From NCBI GenBank assembly GCA_028534125.1, contig CM052816.1, forward strand, positions 23,810,001 to 23,874,000: DNA of 64,000 nucleotides. Direction: 5' to 3'. A program made the position numbers and the translations under genes. The notes below the pieces were generated by a model. That model did not search any database and was not told the DNA's origin. It worked only from the letters and a program-made list of their open reading frames with translations. Of this stretch, positions 53,299-64,000 are shown piece after piece. Each line of letters starts with the position of its first letter. The first letter of the stretch is position 1. The stretch comes from Lama glama (Eukaryota).

Positions 53299-56200
53299 GC
53301 TTAGCAGATGCTGCCTGATGCTTATTTAAGTGATAGACCAGGTAGACATTTTTGGAACACCAGGACATGCTCAGATATTTATTCTTTTATGACTTAAAAA
53401 TGATTTTACCACCAGAAAATATGATTCCAAGTATACAATATAGAAAATATCCCCTCTTGCGCATACATAAGCAATTAGAATCTGTCAAACTGAAATTTGA
53501 TTGACTGTTTTTGTTTTGCTGTTAATATTTGCCATAGATGTGTCACTGCATGGTTCATCAACCAACAAGTAAAAGGCCAAAAGTTTTAATATTTTCTGTA
53601 AATTAGCCCAAACCTCCATTTAGTTCATACTGTCACCCAGGTGCACGTTATTCTAGCTAGTGAAACGCCTGTGCTCTGGCAGAGTGTGTTGGTGAACCAT
53701 TGACATAAAGAACTATCTTTAAGGATCAAAATTTCTTTCTATAGTCAGGCTGCCCTCCCAGCTTCCTCAACCAGGTTCCTCAGGAGAACTAAGTCCTGCA
53801 GAAAGTGACTTCAGTGGTGACTGTCTTCTCAGTTCTCTCAAGGGTGATGCATGGTTAGTACCACTCTAGATGCACAAGAGATGAGTTAATCACATACAGT
53901 GGATGTCTTAAGATAATGGGTTCTGATTTTTCCTGGAACCCAGGTGAGAAGGGCTACTACCACCATTTTAGTAAACTCTGTCTAATGTAGGCGTTGAGGA
54001 TGCATATCTGCACATTTAATATGTTAATATAAATCTCAGACTTCTGCATTTGTTACAGAGCATTCCAAACATTGTTACAAATGGTTCCATTTTAGATTGA
54101 TCTCATCACCAGCTCTGCAGAGTGAAAACCTAGACGGAGTTATTTTTCTAACTGTTATAATTCACAGGGACAATAATTAGTATTGGGGCATATTGTCAGA
54201 AAATAATTTGTCATATTTTTAATCCTATACTCTTTCTAGTGGCAACCTCTAATCAGTTTGAGTTTGAGTTCATAAACAACGAAGTGAGATGTCAGAAGAA
54301 GTTAGGAGATAAATTACTGATGTTTTAAATTACTGGAGTGCAAGATAGGGTGGTAAGGGTGGTAACTATTTTAATAGTTCCCGTGTTTTGAGGAATAACA
54401 AACTGCCATTGCTGTTTGGGAACTTCTGTTAGAGACCTGATAAAACACTACAACTTGACAGGCAGTAAAACGGTAGCAAAGATTCAAAGACAAGAAAAAT
54501 GGAATTAGGTCCATTTTGCTATTAAGAGCATTACTGCTGAGACCTGAAAATAGTTACATTTATTCATCATATTTTTTCTCATTTTCCTGATAATTCTACT
54601 CTAAAATGAAATTCTGTGATTCTTTTAGTGTCTGTATAAGTCAAACTGCTGTTAGCAATGGTTTTTAACTCAACCCAAATCATTCTATTTTAGAATAGTA
54701 AGAAATAATTCATTTCTGTTGGGCCTCAGCTAATCTTACAGCTCTTGCAGATTATTTTCTAAGTTGGAATATAAAATACTTTGCAAGGGTAAATATTTCG
54801 TACCCTAATAGTATTTGAGAATTTAACCATTTTGATAATCAACATTTCTCAATTACTTCACTTATTTTAGGAGTTTAAAATCCTGTGAATTTTGCTTAAA
54901 AATATTCAGTCCCCAGTGGAAATATAGGAAGGAATCCACATGCACAGACTGCAATATTTAAATCTTGTTCCTCTGTACAAGGCAAAACAAAGGTGGTCAC
55001 TCAGAGGTACTAGGCTGTGAGACTCAGGGTGAAAGAAAGTCATGAAATACACATTTCAGAATGTGGCAGTGGTCATTTGTGATCAGTCTAAAACTTAAAA
55101 TCTTAAAAATAACTTTGGAAAACAAATAAAAAGCAACAAATGGGATTTGAAAATCATATGGAATTTTGAAGTCACTCATAGCTTTTTTGGGTGATTGTTT
55201 TCACTTTCAATGGAGAAGTAAATAAGTGAACCACTGTGTCTTCTCTGGGCACCGGAACCTTGGTGAGGTCCCTAAGGGGCTAAAGAAACAGAAATGAATC
55301 CCGGCTGTAATGGCAGCATGACTGGCAGAGCTGTCACAGCAATGAGGGACCTTGGAGACAGGTTCTCAATGGGAGGAAGAGGTCTGGAAATGTGACCCTG
55401 CTTCCCAGAAAGTTTACCTAAAAGGGGGTTTGGGTGCATAGTTTCTCATGCTCTTCACTAGAACAGAGCTGCACAGTAAGGCTTCTATGATACATTTTTA
55501 ATTGTTGCATTTCAAAATTATACACACACAGAGAATCTTAAGAGATCTTCAACACTGTGTACTGAAGGTGCTGTGTCTTACTGGGCAGACCATTAGCTGT
55601 GCTTGATACGCTTGCTAACGCTCTGAATTCTCTTCTCTCATTTTGCTGCATTCCTTTGGCTCAGTAGAATTGATGTTATCAACCAAAAGCTTAAATGTGA
55701 GTCTTAATAGGCTTGAAGGCATCTTTGTATGAGTTGAAAAAAGCATTTAATACTGTTTTTCTTTGTTGTTCTTGTTTTATTTGCTCCAAGATTTTTTTTT
55801 TTTCCTCCTTTACCAGAGACGGTTTAATTGCATTCAGTCTGAATGTTTATATAAATGACGTTGGTGAGTTTGGTAGAGTACAGTTCCTCTTTTAAGAAAC
55901 ATCTGTTGAAAGGAGTAATCTGTTTATTAAAATGGTAAACCTGTGAACTGATTTTATTGTGCTCTCCAATTTAGCTGAAATTGTATATGTTAATGGCTTC
56001 TACATGTGCATGAAATGGCGAGTTGCTGTGCTTTAACCAGTCAGCCAGGTTTTTAATGTGCCGGCATGCAAAATAGTATTTAGTGCACGTTGCTGGAAGA
56101 AGATGAATTAAATTTCTTCTAACACTGACAAAGATGACTTCTCCGGGGCTTGACTAATCACACCCCTGTTCAGTCTGTCATTTGGTTGCGTGGTCCTTGA

Positions 56201-56960
56201 ATTCTGTGACAGCTTTGTGTTTAATCAAGCCTGAGGGAACTTGAAGGAGAAGCAGTGATGTTTCTCACACTTAGCATCAGAACCAGTATTTGCAAAAAAC
56301 TAACTTTTATACAAAAAAAATCCCTGTGCCAGCCTTAAGATCCTGAAGAAACCAGAAGCTACTGAATATAATGGGCTTTGTTTTAATTAATTCCCATTTT
56401 TAACCCCACTCTATGTTTTTATACTTCAAAATACTATCCAAGCCTTGATGCATAGTTACATGTATAGTTGAGTCCACAAAAAATAATTGACAAAAATTCC
56501 TTAATTTATGAGTCTTTTTTAAAGCTAGTAAAATTGACAACATGTAATATAATGTCTTAAAATCTTTAAATAATCTTCTCACTCTGTACTATGCCTTAGA
56601 GAGGCTATTAGCTTGCCCAGATTACTGGAGATAATAAGCATTTTATAGCCTATTGGAACGCACAGCTGTGTCTTTGTAGAGTGCATGCTTTTAATCATTG
56701 TGCATTAGTCAAATTGAAAAATCATTATTTCTTGATTAAAGCAAATGCCTTTGTACTCTCCAGCAGGCGATTATTTTTGTGAATCTCCAGACTGGCTCTG
56801 TAGTTGAAGAAAGGAATTTTTATTCATTTATAAATTTTCTGCTCTTTAGACTATTACCACTGACTGGCCTTCTCTCAAACTGGGGACGCCTAAACGTACT
56901 TTAAACAAACATTTCTAGAAACGGATTGAAGTCTATAATGGTTTCTTTTGCTACTCACAG

Positions 56961-57080
56961 ATGTCGATGAATGCACATCAAATCCCTGCACTAATGGAGA
57001 TTGTGTTAACACACCTGGATCCTATTACTGTAAATGTCATGCTGGATTCCAGAGGACTCCTACCAAGCAAGCATGCATTG
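56961..57080 (+). CDS. FBN2: Fibrillin-2 exon (probably 12), cbEGF, 120 nt
   Basis: ctactcacag acceptor; TTG|gtaagg donor. (D)[39 protein letters not shown]. Confidence 0.97.
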
Positions 57081-58007
57081 GTAAGGCAGTTTGCTTTCAC
57101 ATATGAAAATGTTCCATGAAATATAGTGACCCAGGCTGTTGAGGTTAAAAGTGAACTTATTAAAATAAGACATGGAATGAAATAAGTGCTGTTACATAAT
57201 TACAGATTTACTTTATGCTACCCTCAAAGCACTCGCTTCAAACATAAACCCTTTTTGCACATATAACACAGGCAACGTGGTATCTGGCTTCACAAAAAAT
57301 CCAGTTTCTCTTCCTCCCCTAGATCACAGCTTCGTTTCTCCACGTAACATCAGTAGCATTACTGCTCTCTGATTAACGAGACTTAAGATTTATTGTCATT
57401 TTCAACTACTGTTTTCTCTGAACCTCACACGTAGTCCAACACCAAATCACGCCTGCACTTTATTCACAGTTTCATTGCTACGCCCACCATCATCGTCCAA
57501 ACCCTCTACCTCACTGCTGATTCATCTCAGAATTCTTTCAGCAGATGACTCTGCTTGTCTTCTTTCTCGTTTCCTATTCATCCACTGACACTTACTTGAA
57601 TCATTTTCCTCCAGCAGTTTTTTTATCATGTTGCTCTTAACCCAGAAATTCTGTAGTTACTTTACTTTTACTCAACTCCTTGCTCTGACTTTTAAGCCAC
57701 TGTGTCGAAAACAGCTGCACCAGTAATTCCAGCTGAGGTGCCCACCCTCTTATATTCTCTGCACACCCCATTTCATTTTTCTTTCTTTTCGTCTTCAGCT
57801 ACTATAAGTTGGGGCTGTAAAGTTGTTTATACCTACCTATCCAAGAAGAAAAGCTGGTGAGAGATGGGAATTTTGCTAAATAAGGAACATCATCTTGAAT
57901 TTTACATGTAAAAATAAACTGGATATTTAAAATTACATTTATTGCCTTACTGTCTTTATCTGTAGTTTTTTTAAAGAATAATGTTTGGCCATTCTTAATT
58001 TTCCCAG

Positions 58008-58133
58008 ATATCGATGAATGCATCCAGAATGGGGTTCTTTGTAAAAACGGTCGATGTGTGAACACAGATGGAAGTTTCCAGTGCATTTGCAATGCCGGCT
58101 TTGAATTAACTACAGATGGAAAAAACTGTGTTG
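58008..58133 (+). CDS. FBN2: Fibrillin-2 exon (probably 13), cbEGF, 126 nt
   Basis: ttttcccag acceptor; TTG|gtatgg donor. (D)[41 protein letters not shown]. Confidence 0.97.
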
Positions 58134-58974
58134 GTATGGGAATTGCCTACCCCCTTGCAGAAGATTTTTAAAGGATATACATTTCTATTTAGAACCATAT
58201 ATACTATTTCCAGGAAAGCTCACACAACACATATTTGAGAGTTGTTCAGATGACTTAGGTAAAATATAAATGCTTTTAGCATAAGACTATTAAAGTGAAG
58301 GGACAGATTTTTTTTGTAAATGTCATAACAGATGAACAATTTACTGCATCTGAAAATTTCCTGTGTGACATATGTTTAATTTTTAGTAGCGGTTGTTCTT
58401 TGTAATTATTAGCACCTACTGTATTTTGGATGTTGGATTTATGACACTGACAAGATAGAAAAAGTCCACCCCCCCAATCTGGGGAGGCATAAAAATGTTT
58501 GACGTGTGTGATAATCAGATCTCTAAATTTGTGGTTGTGGTGGTGTCTAGCAGTGTAGTAAATACCACTACTCCACAGAAATATTCTATTTGCACAACGA
58601 CTCATATTTCACCCACTAGTGAAAGTCCAGATCATTCCACCTGCAATGAAGTTTGTCATTGCTTTATTCTATCCCACAAAGGAAACATTCCCTGAAATCA
58701 TATTAACTTTTTTGGTAATCAAAATAAAACACTACTCACATGATTTTAATGGCGACTAAGCACAAAATTTCCTTAATTCTTTTCCCTTATGTCCCTTACA
58801 CCAAAGCTCCCTCATGTTCTACACGCTATTTGCTCTCACTCAGTTAGCATTCGTAAGAAAAAAAATCCATGAGCATATGACTCGTTTATGCAATAGGATA
58901 TGACTGTCAATTGTTTATAGAGAGGGAACTGGGTTCCTCGCCAGAGATGTAAGTCACTCTCTCACCTTCTGCAG

Positions 58975-59097
58975 ACCATGATGAATGTACAACTACCAAC
59001 ATGTGTTTGAATGGGATGTGCATTAATGAAGATGGCAGCTTCAAGTGCATCTGCAAACCAGGATTTGTTTTGGCTCCAAATGGGCGTTACTGTACTG
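58975..59097 (+). CDS. FBN2: Fibrillin-2 exon (probably 14), cbEGF, 123 nt
   Basis: ccttctgcag acceptor; CTG|gtatgt donor. (D)[40 protein letters not shown]. Confidence 0.97.
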
Positions 59098-60601
59098 GTA
59101 TGTATGGCTTTGAGATAGGAAAGTAACCATGATTGAAACCATCTTTTTTATTTGAATGAATTATGCAAGAATTACTTAGGTATCTTCATGTGGATTTCAT
59201 ATTATTCACATCTCTTGCTAATTCAGTACGGCAGGTGTCTAATTGCTTCCTAGAAAAACACCCATTGTGGCCTATGGAACAGTAATATCTTTGCAAAAAA
59301 TAATAATGGTATAGGAAAAATTAAGGGAATGACAGATTAGTTCCAGCAAGTCTGGAAGAGACAATGTAGAAATAATTTCTCCCTACTCCTTGCCTAAATA
59401 AAAAAGAGAAAGAAAAAAATCTTGTTTCCTCAGTACTAGATTTTCCACTGTCATTCATTACTGGTTTTTATTATATATTTTCCAGAAGCTCATCCACAGA
59501 TCATTTGTTACTATATCATTATCTAAAAAAATCTTACACTGATTTTGTGAAGAAATAATGTGAATAGTCTTATCATTTTGTTTATAAAGCCATTTTGAAG
59601 CTCAAGCTTCAGTGATAACCTTAGTGAGCAAAATATGTGACTCTTGTAAATAAAGACTATAGTATGTTTCTACTCACAACTGAAATTTAGTAAGATGGAA
59701 CAAATTTTTCAATTCCTACTTAGAAATTAAAGTTTTTTCCCCCAGTTTCTCCGTTTAGACAAAATTAACTCCATGAATACTTTCTGCCTTCAATTGCACA
59801 AATTTATCTGAAGACCAAATAACACTCATAACCGTTACACTGAAATTACAGGGAAGCAGAGAGAGAAAAATCAAGATAGATTCTCATATTTCTGAATTTA
59901 AAAAAAAAAAGTACAGCATTAAATGGAAATATTGTGGTTTTGCTGAATGATTGAACTTTTGACCGGGATGTCATCTCAAGGTTAATGGACTCAGATTAAT
60001 CACAGGGTATGAGATTAGCCTTCTGTTCCAGTGTGTAGCATTACATTACAGCATGTAATTTTTTCAACATTTCTTAAGAAACTTAAGTACACATAGAAAG
60101 ATGACCTATCTCTCACCAGTTTCTGCCTTACTGAAATTTTTATTAATGTTTTACTACAAATGTTGTAATCCATAAATTTTGAAATGCTCATGATTTGGCA
60201 GCTCTGAGTTTTGAAGTCTGTTTCATTTTAGGGGGAAGCCATTTAATATTGGGTTACATTTGATAAATTCAAGCAGGTTAAAAATTACAAGAGATGTCCC
60301 AAATTATTTTGTTATTATGAATAAATCAAATTAATATTAAACACCATCGATCTTTGTTACAATTTTATGTGTGTGTAAATAAAAGTTAATTACAAAAATG
60401 AGGCAACTTTTCCCTCAGTCTTCTGAAAATGTATTTAAAAGAGTTGCATTTAGGTATAAGATTTGTTGACACATCTCTGTGTTCTGCAAATTATTAAAAC
60501 TGAAAACAACATGTTGCTAATCTAGAGTGTTGGCAGCAGGTGAACTCTAATAAAGGTAAATGTACCCAGTAACGGTTGGGCTTGTGTTCCCCTCCGGGCA
60601 G

Positions 60602-60724
60602 ATGTCGATGAGTGCCAGACCCCAGGAATCTGCATGAATGGGCACTGCATCAACAATGAAGGGTCCTTCCGCTGTGACTGCCCCCCGGGCCTGGCGGTGG
60701 GTGTGGACGGACGTGTGTGTGTCG
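60602..60724 (+). CDS. FBN2: Fibrillin-2 exon (probably 15), cbEGF, 123 nt
   Basis: ttcccctccgggcag acceptor; TCG|gtaagt donor. (D)[40 protein letters not shown]. Confidence 0.97.
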
Positions 60725-60744
60725 GTAAGTGGAGCATTCTAGAG

Positions 60745-61165
60745 TGGCCCCAGTGTCCAAATGATCTTTGAATAGTGGATAAAGATGTATCTATACAATG
60801 GAACAATATTCAGTCATAAAAAGGAATGAAGCACTGATACCTACGAACACATGGATGGACTCGAAGACATTGTGCTAAGTGAAAGAAACCACACATACAA
60901 GACCACATAGTATGCAATTCCATGTGAAGTGTTTGTAGAAGGCAAATCTATGGAGGCAAAGCTGACGAGTGGTTGCTTAGAGCAGAAAGGGTGAAGGTGG
61001 CAAGAGCAGGGAGTGATCGATAAAGGCATTTTCGAGGTGATGAGATGTTCTAAAGTCAACTGTAGTGATGATTGTATAACTATGAATATGCCAAAAACTA
61101 TTGAATTATACACTTTAAATGGATGAATTCGTGTATGTGAATTATCTCTCAATGAAGTGGTTTTT
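60745..61165 (+). mobile_element. L1 3' UTR fragment (L1MB-like)
   Basis: tatacaatggaacaatattcagtcataaaaaggaatgaagcactgatac...gtgaattatctctcaatgaagt. Confidence 0.88.
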
Positions 61166-63639
61166 AACTGGGCAGAGGGCCCAGTTAACTCCCTTCAGAT
61201 GGCTTTGATGAGATGCAAGTCAGAAATGCTAGAGGAGAAAAAAAAATTGTCCTTTAACCAGCTTGCTTCATATTGTTAGATAACCAAGTCTCTAAATACA
61301 ATGGGTTTTTATTTTGTCATTGATAACTGATAATATATGAAATGGAGATTGTAGTTATGTTTAAAGAAACTCTTGTTTTTACCCAAACAAAATTTTAAAT
61401 GTAAATAACTTATACTACAGTTCTCGGATTTATATCAAAAGCTAGTAATGTTTCTCATAGTTGTTCCTCATCACTGCGTGGCTAATGGTAGAAACAAGGG
61501 AAAAGTATGAGAGTATATATTTTATTTGAAACCATTCAGAATTCCTCTTGGATGCATTTGAGTTACCAGGCATCTTTTAAAGAGGTAGAAAAAAAAAATA
61601 CCACTGGCATTTCAAAACCCAACCAGTGCACCCTAGTGTTATCAACAGCAGAGTGAGAGTTAGTTGTAAAAATACATTAAATGCCATGTTCTCTCTGAAA
61701 AGTGCTTTTGTAAAACTTCTAGGGTGAATTACCTATTGTGCACCATTTATTTCTCAGTTCATACAGTAAAAGGCAGACATACTCACTGGTTTAAAAGTAT
61801 TTTTGAGAGAAATGAAATTCTTTCTTAGACATAATTGGTTATTCTTACCTATGGGAATCAAAACATTTGGATTCTGAAGGTTAAAAAAAAAAAAGAAGTA
61901 ACAGCAGATGGAAATAATCTGTCCACTTAAGTTCATCCACTCTGTTCAGTCTAGGATTTATTTCAGCTTACAGGATTGTCAGCACTTCGTTCATGGATAT
62001 TTCAAATACAGCAGCTAAAAGAATGGAGCTCCTTCCTATTTGGAGAGCTAAAATATTTGCAGTTGCTTTTTTCCTTTATCTAAATGATTCTGCTGAAATC
62101 TGTGATGAGTACAAAACCAGTTTTGGAGGGAGAAATGATTTTTCTTTAAAGCAACCAGCATATGAGTAATCATTAGGAATTAGGTGTTCAAACACAAATA
62201 TTCATTCTCTTATCCTCATACAGAAAAGTCATTAGAAACTGTTGGGAAGCCCTCTTCAGTTTTTCACAGTTGTGATCACTTACATTTTTTAAAATAAAAA
62301 CACCATTTGTTCTGTGTGTAAATTACAGGCTGCTGTTTCTGTAGTGTACTTGGTCTGTTTTCTTCATGTCTTCTGCCTTTCAAGATGCTTTTGAGATGCA
62401 TTAATTGTTGAAGTTAGAAATGAATCTCTACTATGAATTATTACGAGAGCTAGCACTTAAAATTTTAGATTTCTTTTTTGTTTGTTTTTGTTTCCCTAGG
62501 TACTGAGGTGTGGGTTTTTATTTTCAAAAAAGTAAACTACTATTGTAACTAGTCTGTTGAAGAAGCAAGACTCACAGGCAGGGTATGAACAGGAGGCAAC
62601 TGTATTTTGGTCTCTCCCATCCTTTTAAAATGTATCTTTAGATTTATTCAACAAGAGCAGTTTATCCGACAAGTAAGGACGAAAACTGTGGCCACCCTGT
62701 GACCTTACTATTTTTAGATAGCAAAACAATTATATGACTACTTTAGATAATGAAAATAATCTGTAGTTGGAAATTAGAATGCCCAGGATCAGATAATAGT
62801 TAACATTCTGAACTTAATTTGAATTTATGATTTCCCTCCCAAGCTCAGACCTTCTAAAGCAAGATATTTCTGACTCCACCAGGGTCAAAGTGCAGGAGGA
62901 GATGTGAGGAGGAGGACACACTGATACTGTCCTAGGGTGGCTCCAAGACCTCTGGGCTTCACAGATGTTTAAAGCCAGCTTCTTCCTCGTGAGTGATTTC
63001 ATGAGTACTTCAAGGGCACTGGCCTGCCCTTCCTGAGATGCCAACACTAGTGGCCACTTGTAGTCTTTCTGCAGTCCACATCAGACAGACTCTAATGGTG
63101 TGTCCTCCCCCCTCCACATGCTTGTTTTAGAACCTCCTGTTAATGTGGTCCACATCCAGTCCATAGGACACTCCATCCTTTGCCCTGTGAGCCAAGTGCA
63201 TAGAGGTTGATCTCACCTCCCTCCCTGGATTCTACAGTTAGGAATAGCAGCCACTCTCCTTTGCCTGCTAGCTGTCCCTGACAGAGCTGGGCACAAAGCT
63301 CTTCAGTTGCTCCCTGCAGAGCTCTTCCCTCTCCACCAGGGGTGAGGATGGAAGTACATGCAGCTCGTAATCTGCCTCTTGCCAGGAAAAAAAAAAAAAT
63401 CCCCCTCAAAAACTCTTCTGTTAATTGTCACTCTCTAAATTGTACCCTCAGTATTGGGAAGGGTTTGAGGACTTGGCAACTCATTTTCCATCTCTGCTTC
63501 CTTCAGGTTGAAGTCTCAAAATTCATCGTGTTAAATGATATTTCGCACCATGGGATTTCAGCTTAGATTTCCTTTTTAACGTCTTGTTACATTGGCTTGA
63601 GAGCATTTCACCACCTTTATGAGCATTGCTTGACAGTTC

Positions 63640-63855
63640 TGTCAGGGGAAAGGGTATTTTTTTTCTTTACCCTGGTTCTGCCGTTTACTAGCTCTGTGGC
63701 TTTCGGCAAGATACACTACCTCTCTGTGCCTCCTTTCTTCGTTAGTTGTTTCTGAGAACTAAATAAGTTAATACTAGATGTATCTGTGTAAAGCTTAAAT
63801 GGTGGCTGGCATGTAACACATACCCAATTAGTCAGCTATTACAATTATTATGGTT
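63640..63855 (+). mobile_element. MIR SINE
   Basis: tctgccgtttactagctctgtggctttcggcaagatacactacctctctgtgcctc. Confidence 0.8.
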
Positions 63856-64000
63856 GTTAAGTCAGAATAGTGACATCACACCTAGAGCATAGTCTTAGAG
63901 TTGCTTGCTTTAAGCTATAGGGAAACGTATACTAAAGAAAGAAGAATAAAAGAAAGTTAGCATTTTGTGTCTATACATACTTTACCAACTACCTGAGAAA

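Noticed and set aside
58946..58955. Donor-like AT|GTAAGT about 25 nt upstream of an exon acceptor
   Set aside because: Too close to the acceptor to form an intron, and I found no convincing upstream exon.

Overview
Mammalian (eutherian) genomic DNA from the interior of the fibrillin-2 gene (FBN2) on the + strand. Ten GT-AG coding exons (probably exons 6-15, 1467 nt, 489 codons, all introns phase 1) encode the first hybrid domain, two cbEGF modules, TB1, the FBN2-diagnostic glycine-rich region, an EGF and four more cbEGF modules. The rest is intron, filled mainly with old L1, L2, MIR, MaLR and hAT repeats; I saw no Alu, B1/B2, Bov-A or other young SINE. The most notable non-gene structure is a 2150-bp antisense endogenous retrovirus (23853-26002) in the 26.7-kb intron. 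It has two ~290-bp LTRs, an exact ATCAT target-site duplication, a tRNA-Ser primer-binding site and gag, RT-connection/RNase H and probable env-tail remnants separated by two large deletions, so it looks like a class III HERV-S/ERV18-like mini-provirus. It interrupts an L2, which may itself interrupt an older LTR. Most short ORFs in the supplied track are spurious. Repeat family names come from recalled consensus sequences, not a database search.
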